A stretch of DNA of 64,000 bases, taken from Octopus vulgaris. Taxonomy: Eukaryota. Under the pieces are notes generated by a model. It was not told the DNA's origin and made no database searches. It saw nothing but the letters and a program-made list of their open reading frames with translations. Within the stretch, counting starts at the first letter, position 1; every line of letters begins with the position of its first letter. The stretch spans positions 23,560,001 through 23,624,000 of the forward strand of contig OX597835.1 in the NCBI GenBank assembly GCA_951406725.2, in the 5' to 3' direction. The position numbers and the translations under genes are program-made. Below, piece by piece: positions 52,580 to 64,000 of this stretch.

Positions 52580-55139
52580 AGTATAAGAGATACAGAGAAG
52601 AAGTTCAACTCGGGCAGACTACGATTGGTGTATATATATATATATATATATATATACGGTGGTATCTCTTAAACACCCTTAATTATAATTTCATATATAT
52701 ATATAGACATGTCAGTGCCACTAATATGATAGAATTGTCTAAAACATATATTAATACATTCAGAGTATAAAGAAATAGAAATATAAAAATATATATGAAT
52801 GTTAAAAATAGGCAAGGACAAATAAATATATAAATATAACAGTGTACAGATAAAAATAAAGATAAGAATAATGAAAAATTAGAAAGACATTTCTTTTAAA
52901 ATTCAAAGTAAATTATGGAATGGAGGGAGAAATGGATGTTTAAAAAGAGTTTTTGGTACCATATTTAAAGGAAATAAAGTATTCCGACGATCGTTGAGTA
53001 TGATTAGATAAACTGTAGCCTCTCTGAGCTGGCAGAATCTTTAGTACATCAGACAAGAACACTTACCACTATTACTTTAAGTGCTGAGTTCAAATCCTGC
53101 CAAAGTGACCTCTGCCTTTCTATCTCTTCTAGATCAATAAAATATAGTACCAGTCTGGCACCTAGGGTCAAGGTAATTATTGTGGCCCAAACCCAGCAAC
53201 AGACTAGCAGCCACTTATAAATTTCTTTACTACCCACAAGGGGCTAAACACAGAGGGGACGAACAAGGACAGACAAATGGATTAAGTCAATTACATCTAC
53301 CCCAGTGCATAACTGGTACTTTATTTATCGACCCCGAAAGGATGAAAGGCAAAGTCGACCTCGGCGGAATTTGAACTCAGAACATAACGGCAGACGAAAT
53401 ACGGCTACGCATTTCGCCCTGCGTGCTAATGTTTCTGCCAGATGGAAACTAAGCAACTGGTAGAAGTCCTAAAGCTCAAGAAAAATAAATTTAAAAAAAA
53501 ATTCTTTCTCCCATTAAAATTTGTGGTTAAGAGAGTTGGATGAAATGTATAGTGGTAAGTTATGATGTTTTACAGTCAGTTTTCAAGTCTGGTGACAACT
53601 TTGCTTTTCATCCCTGTGTGGAAGTCAATGAAATAAAGTTCCACTCAGATATTGGAACCAATGTTAACTGGGCTTCCCTTCAAAATTGCTGTCTTTATAC
53701 TTAAATTAGAAACAATTGTTATTATTATTATTTAGGCCTGTGTAAAGTGTTGAGCTGATGTCCAAATTCCATCATGGTCGACTTTGCCTTTCATCCTTTC
53801 GGGGTCGATAAATAAAGTACCAGTTATGCACTGGGGTCGATGTAAAATAAGGACCTGTTGAACACTAAGGTTGATATAATCGACCAGTTCTCCTCCTGAA
53901 ATTGCTGGCCTTGTGCCAAAATTTGAAAGCATTATTATTTAGGCGTGTGTAAGGTAGTGAGCTAGCAGAACCATTAGCATGGTGGGCAAAATGTTTCATG
54001 ACATTTTGTCCACCTTTATATTCTGAGTTCAAATTCCACCAAGATTGACTTCCAGGGTCAATAAATTTAAGTACCAGTTCAGTACTAAGGTTGATATAAT
54101 CAACTAGCCCCCATCCCCAAAATTGCCAGCCTCGTGCCAAAATTTGAAACCATTATTATTTAGGCCTGTATAAAGTGGTGAGCTGACAAAATCCTTAGCG
54201 CTTTGGCTAACATGCTTAACGACATTTCTTACAACTCTTTACATTCTGAGTTCAAATTCGGCCAAGGTTGACTTGGCCATTTACTCTTTTAGCAGAGTTG
54301 CTAAAATAAGTACCAGACGAGCCCTGGGGTCAATGTAACTGGCTTATCTCTCCCATTAAATTTGCCGTTCTTGTGTGAAAATTTGAAATCATTACCATTT
54401 AGGGTGGTGGATTTGCAAATGCCTAAGAGCATCATATTTCGTTTGTCTTTACGTTCTGAGTTCAAATTCTGCCAAGGTCAACTTTGCCTTTCATCTTTTC
54501 GGAGTCGGTAAATTAAGTACCAGTTGTGTACTGAGGTCAATCTAATTGACTAGTCCCTTCCTCAAAAAATTTCAGGCCTTGTCCCTACAGTAGAAAAATA
54601 GCCTAAGAGCATCTGAGAAAATGCCATGTGGCATTTAGTTACACTGCCGCGTCGACTGGCTTCTGTGCCGGTGGCACGTAAAAAGCACCCACTACACTCA
54701 CGGAGTGGTTGGCGTTAGAAAGGACATCCAGCTGTAGAAACATTGCCAGATAAGACCGGAGCCTGGTGCAGCCTTCTGGCTTCCCAGATCCCCGGTCGAA
54801 CCGTCCAACCCATGCTAGCATGGAGAACGGACGTTAAACGTTGATGATGATGATATACTTTACATTCTGAGTTCAAATCCAGCTACAATCAATTTTGCAT
54901 TTTATCTTTTCAGGGGTTGATCAAATAAAAGTACCAGTCAAGTACTGGGGTCAATGTAATCAAGTGCTCCCCTGCTCCAAATTTCAAACTGGGAACTCTA
55001 CTGCCAAGCAGCTTGTCCAATGTGTTAATGATCCTTCCAGCTTGCTACCTTACAAGGCTTTTCTCTTATATCTTTTACTTGCTTCAGCCATTAGACTGTG
55101 GCCATGCTGCAGCACCAGCTTGAAGAATTTTATATATCT

Positions 55140-55538
55140 CTCTTTCTCTCTTTACTTGTTTCAGTCATTTGACTGCGGCCATGCTGGAGCACCGCCTTTA
55201 GTCAAGCAAATCGACCCTGGGATTTATTCTTTGTAAGCTCAGTACTTATTCTATCGGTGTCTTTTGCCGAACCGCTAAGTGACGGGGACATAAACACACT
55301 AGCATCGGTTGTCAAGCGATGCTGGGGGACAAACACAGACACACAAACATATACACACACATACACATATATATATATATATATACATATATACGACAGT
55401 CTTCTTTCAGTTTCCGTCTACCAAATCCACTCACAAGGCATTGGTCGGCCCAGGGCTATAGCAGAAGACACTTGCCCAAGATGCCACGAACCATGTGGTT
55501 GGTAAGCAAGCTACTTACCACACAGCCACTCCTGCGCC
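55140..55538 (-). mobile_element. SINE family A copy
   Basis: Reverse complement of 384-780, sharing a short internal deletion with the 5563 copy. Confidence 0.8.
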
Positions 55539-56263
55539 TATATATTGAAGAATTATATTAAAATAAGACAAAGATGTTATATAAAACACAGCTCCACATG
55601 TTAAAGTGATGGTAGGCTCACATAAAACATAACTCTACATGTTAAAATGACAGAGGATTGACTTTAAATGCGATCCCACATGTGAAAATAAATAAATAAT
55701 GCTTAGATTGTCCCATAAGTGAAGCAGCATTTTAAATGTCATTTTACATTCAAAATGCTGACAATGCATATTTTTCACAGGAAATCGATCAATGGAAATT
55801 GCAGATGTGTTACCAGTGCCGGTGGCATGTCGAAACTCTACTTGTGAAGACCCGTTGAGGCAAGTGAGGATCAGAATGGAAATCGATCAATGGAAATTGC
55901 AGATGTGTTACCAGTGCCGGTGGCATGTAAGAGAACCTTCCGTTTCGCGACCGTTGCCAGCACCGCCCCGTTTCGTGTCCGTTGCCAGCCTCGCCTGGCC
56001 CTTGTGCCGGTGGCACATAAAAAGCACCATCCGTTCGTGGCCGTTTGCCAGCTCTGTCTGGCACCTGTGCGGGTGGCACATAAAAAGCACCCACTACACT
56101 CTCGGAGTGGTTGGCGTTAGGAAGGGCATCCAGCCGTAGAAACACTGCCAGATTTGACTGGGCCTGATGAAGCCTTCTGGCTTCACAGACCCCAGTAGAA
56201 CCGTCCAACCCATGCTAGCATGGAGAACGGACGCTAAACGACGATGATGATGATGATGATGAT

Positions 56264-56302
<39 letters not shown>

Positions 56303-56542
56303 ATACATACATCCATACATACAAGCATGTATATGTACACAGATACAACAAGGCAAACATATATATAGTCCAATGATGGCTTAACTGGCTGAAACTTCGA
56401 AGTCCCTGTCAAAATAATATTCTTGTATAACAATAATTAATTTGTACCCTACAAAATTAGAGAGTAATTCATCAGATTAATGTAAAATTGTTTTTATTAT
56501 GACAAAACAAGCATTAACACAATATATATATATATATATATA

Positions 56543-56845
56543 TCACCGTGACCGACCAGGCTATCAGATGTTGCTACACATCGCTGGTCACAATGCGCTT
56601 CACATTGTTTTTTAGCCTTCAAATGACGCCACCCCACTGGCTAAGCGAGCAGGTCAACAGAAGAAAGAGTGAGAGAAAGTTGTGGCGAAAGAGTACAGCA
56701 GGGATCGCCACCACTCCCTGCCGGAGACTCGTGGAGCTTTAGGTATTTTCGCTCAATAAACACTCACAATGCCCAGTCTGGGAATTGAAACCGCGATCCT
56801 ACGACCACGAGTCCGCTGCCCTAACCACTGGGCCATTGCGCTTCC
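56543..56845 (-). mobile_element. tRNA-derived SINE family C
   Basis: Minus-strand head ggaagcgcaatggcccagtggttagggcagcggactc...ggtttcaattccc. A related copy lies at ~25748-26003(-). Confidence 0.65.
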
Positions 56846-57085
56846 ACACACACACACACACACATATATATGTAGGCGCGGGCATGGCTGTGTGGTTAGG
56901 GAGCTTGCTTCCTAGCTACATGGTTTCGGGTTCAGTCCCACTGCGTAGCACTTTGGGTAGGTGTCTTCCACTATAGCCCCGAGCCGACCGGAGCTTTGTG
57001 ATTGAATTCAGTAGGTGGAAGTTACTGTCGTGTGTGTATGTGTGCGTATAGCTGCGCAGTGCCTCTCCGAAAGAGAGAGAGAGGG

Positions 57086-57137
<52 letters not shown>

Positions 57138-57150
57138 TAAAATATAATAA

Positions 57151-57196
<46 letters not shown>

Positions 57197-57708
57197 TGTA
57201 TATATATATAAGGTGCAGCGTGGTGGTGTGGTAAGAAACTTGCTTCCCAACCACATGGTTCCAGATTCAATCCCACTGCATGGCACCTTCAGCAAGTGTC
57301 TTCTACTATAGCCTCGGGCAGACCAGATCCTTGCGAGTTGATTTGGTAGATGGAAACTGGAAGAAGCCCATTGCATATACACATGTGTGTGTGCACTTGT
57401 GTGTGTGAATGTATGTGTATATGTGTCTATGTATGTTTTTGTGTCTGTGTTTGTCCCCACATCACTGCTTGACAACTAGTATTAGTGTGTCTACATCCTT
57501 GCAACTTAGCAGTTCAGCAAAAGAGCCCTATAGAATAAGTACTGAGACTTAAAAAAAAAAAAATCCTGGGGTCAATTTGTTTGACTAAAACCCTTCAAGG
57601 TGGTACTCCAGCATGGCTGAGTCAAATGACTGAAACAAAAAAAAGAATAAAAGTATATATATATATACATACATATATATATACATATATATATATACAT
57701 ATATATAT

Positions 57709-57871
<163 letters not shown>

Positions 57872-58694
57872 CTTCCTCAACTTGATATGTTAATTCTGAA
57901 AACCTGAATCTTCACCTCGTTAGTCTCATCAATGACATTTTAAACAGTCATAAATCTTCTTATAGAACAGTTTAACAATGTACCAGTTATCCTTTGCCTC
58001 CCCCACACTAACATCGCATCTACATACATAATTACAAATTATTCATTATATATTCAGTTTGTACATGTATATATATATATATATATATATTAGTAATCTC
58101 TCACACGTTAACATACATACAAACATATCTGTACATGTGTGTATGAATGTATGTACACACACACACACACATATACTATATATATATACTGAAGGTTATA
58201 ATAGTTGTGTATATATAATCATATAATACATACACATAAACGATGATGATGATGATGATGATGATGTATGTGTATCTATATGCATATATATACAAATATA
58301 GGTATGTGTATGTATATATATGTGTGTATATATATGTATGTATATATATGTGTATATATATCTGTGTGTATATATATATATGTGTGTGTGTGTGTATATG
58401 TATGTATATATGTATATATGTATATATATATAAATATATATATATGCATATACATACATACATACATACATACATACATACATACATGTGTGTGTGTTTC
58501 TGTCTTGTGAGAGGATTTGATAAACAGAAACTGGAAGAAACCTGTCATGTGTGTATATACTGAGGAATTCCTGAGATAGATCTGGTGACAAGTGTGTAAA
58601 TACCATGGATGACGTCATGTAGCCACAGGCAGTGAGCAATGCTTCATCACTTGTTACGAGGAACATACCCAACACTTAAATATTTACCTATATA

Positions 58695-58812
<118 letters not shown>

Positions 58813-58906
58813 TATACACATATACATATATGCATACACATACACATATATAGACATACATAAATACTCACATTACACATATACATATGTATATATATAT
58901 GTATGC

Positions 58907-59027
<121 letters not shown>

Positions 59028-59029
59028 CA

Positions 59030-59583
59030 TACAAGGTCTGATCAAAAAGTATCAGCACCGTTACTATGGTAATGGAACTTAAGTACACAGAGTGATGCCA
59101 CTCCACACATATTGACCTTGAACTCTGCCATGTATTCCCACTAAAGTTACAACCTTCTCATTCACTTTTGTGGTTTATAAACAGTGCTTAGAAATAAAGT
59201 TTATGGAGTGTGCTTGTCTCAAAAAGGAGATTGGATTTCAGATGCACAGGATTTCCTCAATTGTGTTGAAGAAGAGAAAAAACTCTTTGAAAATGGTCAC
59301 AACAGGTGATGAGTCATGGGTCTGTAACTGTGACTTTGAAACCAAAGCTTGAAAGGAAAGGAATTCCTCTTGAAAGGACAAGATTCCAAGAGAATGCAAT
59401 AAGGTAGCTGCTTGCTATCCCAAAATGGGAGTTCCAGGAATGCTTCCAACAATGGAAGCAATGCTGGATAAAGTGTGTGGATTTAGAAGGGGACTTCTTT
59501 GAAGGAGACTAAATGCTGAATTGATATGTGCTGTAGTTTTGTCGTTTTGCACAAGTCCTCATACTTCTTGATCAGACCCCATA
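59030..59583 (+). mobile_element. Internally deleted mariner element
   Basis: TIR-like ends tacaaggtctgatcaaaaagtat / atacttcttgatcagacccc. Contains VTTGDESWV..D.ETK (first catalytic Asp) and FQECFQQWKQCWIKCVDLEGDFFEGD (C-terminus). Confidence 0.75.
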
Positions 59584-60330
59584 TATAAGTATGTATATAT
59601 GTATGTATGCATGTATGTATGTATGTATGTATGTATGTATGTATGTATGTATGTATGTATGTATGTATGTATGTATGTATGTATATATATATATATATAT
59701 ATATGTATTTGTGTGTGTATGATGTATGAATGTATGTATGATGTATGTAAATGTGTAGGTATGTATGTATGATATATGCATGTAAGTATGCATATATATG
59801 TGTGTGTGTGTGTGCGTGTGTGTGTGTGTGTACGTATGTATGTCTCACCCATGCCAACATAGAAGGTGAACATTAAACAATGATGATGACATTATACAGA
59901 GTGAACTGGGTGCCCTTTTCAAAAAAAAAAAAAGAAATTGACAATGCACCTGAAGTCTTTGAGAAAAATTTATTTTCATTTACTTAACCAGCTTCACAAT
60001 TTCATGATTTTCAAAAGTAGTGTGAAATAGAGAGTCCTATGCCATATTCGTCTTGGTTCTAAATGTATTTTTTTGGGGTGTTTAACACAGAAAGTTTGTG
60101 TGCTGTTCATCTTATTTGACAGTGTTCGCTGTTGTGATAAACTCAAATATCAATATATCACTGATGTTCTGCTTGGTTGCTTTCACTTGTTTTTCCTGTT
60201 CTGGTTGTTCTTGAATAATCTTGTAACAGGGCTGAACAGTCCTGATTGATTACTTCCTTTGTGACATCATCAAAAACATTTCTATTCCATTGGACAATTT
60301 TTTTATTTATGTCAATCAGTGAATTTAGAG

Positions 60331-60590
60331 TTATGAGGGTCGGCTGAAAAGTTCATAGGCTGATGTAGACACTCTCATGGAATGTGACCAAATGAAATTT
60401 ATTTTTTCAATGTAGTCCTCCTTGAGATTCATACACCTCTTCTATTGGTGTTGCAGTTCTTGGATTCCATTGGCGGAGAAGCTTTCATCCTGTTGCTCAA
60501 AAAAGTCATCCATAGCAGATATGGCATCATCCTCACTGCAAAACTGGTTCTCAGACAAATATTTTTTGGGGGCCAAATCTGGAGAATCTA
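60331..60590 (-). mobile_element. mariner 3' fragment
   Basis: Minus strand SPDLAP...F.S.D....A..DFFEQQDESF...GI.ELQ and TIR-like cctatgaacttttcagccgaccctcata. Confidence 0.7.
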
Positions 60591-60649
60591 GAAACATGGT
60601 TGCATACAAGAAGCTTTCTGACCACACAGCATCCATTTGAATACTCCTT

Positions 60650-60889
60650 ACTGAAGTATGGAACAAACTGCCAGCATCAGTTGTTAGTTGTCGGAGCACT
60701 GCATCCTTCAAAACTTCCATGCTTCCTGAGATTCGCCAACACTACACCTGATTTTCTCCCTCCATACACATGCAAGCATGTATCTGACTCATACACTGTT
60801 CACTTTCCAGACATTTGTACATTACTGCATATGCTTTATACGCACTTTCTGACAAGTTGTGGTGCACCTGAGCACTGTATACAATAACT

Positions 60890-60965
<76 letters not shown>
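60650..60965 (+). mobile_element. CR1-like LINE 3' fragment (same family as 29772-30262)
   Basis: Near-identical to 30010-30260, ending in a long (ATT)n tract. Confidence 0.8.
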
Positions 60966-60966
<1 letters not shown>

Positions 60967-61444
60967 TATGTTTATTGAGAGCTGCTTTTACAAAATTTCT
61001 CATCCATTACAACCTTATCTGTTTCATAATTCACAAATTCGATCATCATCATCATCATCTGAATCATCACCATCATCTGAATCATCATCATCATCATCAT
61101 CATTGTTTAACGTCTGTTTTCCATGCTGGCATGGGTTGGAAAGTTTGACTGAAAATTGGTAAGTTGGGGAGCTGCACCAGGTTCCAATCTGATCTGGTAT
61201 GGTTTCTATGGTTGGATGCCTTTTCTAACACCAACCATTCCAAGAGTGTAACGGGTGCTTTTTATGTGCCACCAGCATGGGTGCCATTTACGTAGCACCA
61301 GCATTGACACAACTACAATCTCACTTTGACTTGACAGGTCTTCTCAAGCACCAATATCTCACCAAAAGTCTCAGTCACTTCTCACGGCCTCCATGAAACC
61401 CAACATTCAAAGGATGCTTTTTATGTGCCACTTGTACAACACTG

Positions 61445-61642
61445 GCATCTACTCTTCTCCTCTGGAAGCCATCTACTCGCAATACCAGAGGGCGCACACT
61501 CTCCTACTCTGATGTAATCTCCAGGGATACAGGCATCCAGCAACAGGACCTCCGTAATGCTATGATGGACCATGAAGTCTGGCGTAGCATGGTAAATTCC
61601 ATTGTCTCGACCACAGTCGAACAATGATGATGATGATGATGA
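61445..61642 (+). mobile_element. RTE-like LINE 3' tip (second family)
   Basis: STLLLWKPSTRNTRGRTLSYSDVISRDTG.....L.NAMMD.EVWR, followed by a (GAT)n tail. Confidence 0.55.
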
Positions 61643-62251
61643 CTATGATCTCACTTGGCTTCACATGTCTTCTTAAGCACAAAAAAATCTCTTCTTGGAT
61701 TAACAAAAGATAATTTTCGACACAGGTGGACATCCTCAATTCTAAGAGTCATTTTTTACCATTCTGTTTTTTTCTTCAGCATAAAACATGCATTGACTCT
61801 GCTATTCCATAGGCAAAACTCCACCATCACCATGGTGATTACATACAACTACCTTTGAAATCCAAATATGAATGCTATAACATCTCAAAACCACTCATGT
61901 TTATTTACCATTATTAGTAAGCATTCTGCGTTTTCATTTTCTACAGGAAGCCATTTAGCATGTCCCATAGGTATAATATAGCACAGACAGTCCATTATAT
62001 ATATATATATATATAAATAACAATGCTATCATTTCATACCAGCTCTTTGAAAGATCAATATATAATCTACAATAATCTGCTTTATATGAGATTGTGATTT
62101 GTTAAATTAGGTCTTTGATATTTTTGCAGTAAATCAGTTCTCCTTGAATTGAATAGAAATTACATAAATTCTCTCTCTCTCTCTCTGTCTCTCTCTCTCT
62201 CTTTTCTCATATATATATATATACATATGTGTGTGTATATATATGTATGTC

Positions 62252-62322
<71 letters not shown>

Positions 62323-63338
62323 AAATGTGGACATGATTTGATGATGATGATACAAACATACATACACACAAATATATATATATATGTATATATATATATT
62401 GTGCGTATGTATGTTTGTATCATCATCATCAAATCATGTCCACATTTCCATACTTGCATGGATCAGGTGAAACTCGTGGAACCAGATTTTTCCATGGTTG
62501 GATGCTCTTCCTGTTGCCAACCTTCACCTCTTTCTAAACAAGGAAATATTTCCCCTCATCCTTTGAACAACAAAACAGTTCAACAACCGGACATGTTTTT
62601 GTGGAAGCTTGTAAACAAATCAAGTGACAGTTTGTATGGAATGTGCGTTTGTTTTCAATTAGAATACAAATGCCAAAACAAGACAAACACACACACACAC
62701 ACACACACACATGATTGCGTAGTTGAGAAGTTCATTTCCCATCCGCATGGCTTCATGTTCAGTCCTACTGTGGCACACTGGGCAATTGTCTTCTACTATA
62801 GCACCAGGGTGACCAAAGCCTTGTGAATGGCTTCAATAAATGGAAACTGAAAGAAGCCCTATCATCATCATCATTGTTTAACATCTGTTTTCTATGCTGG
62901 CGTGAGTTGGATGGTTTGACAGGAGCTAGTCAGATTCTAGTTGTCTGTTTTGACATGGTTTCTATGGCTGGATGCCCTTCTTAACACCAGTCACTTTACA
63001 GAGTGTGCTGGGTACTTTTTATGTGCCACTGGCATGGATATGTTTACATGTGTGTGTGTGTGTAGAGTGGTGTATATATGCAGTCAGAATTCAAATTCTC
63101 TCAAGATCAACTTTGCCCTTCATTCTTCCAAAGTATCAGCTAATTGCTGGAACTGATTCATATAGTAATCCCTAAATGTGGTGGAATTATAATAGAAAAC
63201 AGAACCATGTTATCTAATGTGACTTTTCTTTACAAGATACTTGGCTGTCATTTGGGGGTTTTAGCTGCTACTTCTAGCAGGTGATGAGAATAGTTTAGTA
63301 ATACAATGTTTCTTAACCAAACTGTTATTATCCTTTAA

Positions 63339-63545
63339 CCTTTTAGTACTTAAACTAGTCATATCCATCCCAAATATTCTATTTGTTTTATGTTTGAACA
63401 GGCCATTTCTGGCCTCTCACACCAACCCTACAATGTCATTTTAAAGATATACAACCACATCATTGAAATTTTGAAGCTGCAAGATGATACAGGATTAATC
63501 CAAAACAGTGTGAATATATAAGTATTACTTTTTAATGCTAAAGGG
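63339..63545. mobile_element. piggyBac-type MITE copy
   Basis: ttaa-ccttttagta ... tgctaaaggg-ttaa. Confidence 0.7.
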
Positions 63546-64000
63546 TTAAAAAAAAAGAGGACATCATGTTTTAAAATCCTGTAGCCTAGACTAAATGAAA
63601 AAAAGGACCCCCTTCTGGCATGAATGACCATGGGATTGCACCTAGAAAGTTACCCTTTGAGGCACAAGTCCAGGCAAGGTTGCTTATGAGAAGACCAGCA
63701 CTCACCCATGCATACCAGCCTCCCCTCTTCATGCCACCAATGTTATACAAGGGAAAGGCAAAGGGGCTGATACAGCTTGGCACCAATGATGTCACAATTC
63801 ATTTCTACAGCTGAGTGAACTAGTGCAATGTGAAATAAAGTGTCTTGCTCAAGAACACAACACACAGCTCAGTCCAGGAATTGAACTCACTACCGTGTGA
63901 TTGTGAGCCCAATGCTCTAACCACTGGGTCATGCACCTAGACTAAAAAGGCTTTCACAAAAAAGATGCCCACAGCATCTTTGTTGTGAAATCTTTATTGT

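Overview
AT-rich, microsatellite- and transposon-dense animal DNA. The SINE and LINE repertoire resembles octopus/coleoid cephalopod; this is an inference. One protein-coding gene is well supported: a + strand gene with two coding exons (26192-26855 joined to 37520-38565, phase-1 GT-AG intron of ~10.7 kb, 569 aa). It encodes a CNPase-like protein with an N-terminal P-loop polynucleotide-kinase-like domain and a C-terminal 2H phosphoesterase-like domain. By manual alignment to vertebrate CNPase, both catalytic HxT motifs are replaced (HCT->YCV, HIT->YIL) and a ~185-aa acidic insertion splits the domain, suggesting a phosphodiesterase-dead pseudoenzyme with intact kinase motifs. Its intron holds a Penelope-like element with 347-bp near-perfect inverted repeats, a hammerhead ribozyme in each arm and an intact GIY-YIG mini-ORF, but no reverse transcriptase. 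At least six more hammerhead-like motifs are scattered through the window. The rest is tRNA-derived SINEs, RTE/CR1/Dong-R4 LINE ends, mariner/Tc1 relics, MITEs, local templated duplications and simple repeats. Most ORFs in the supplied track are microsatellite or repeat artefacts.
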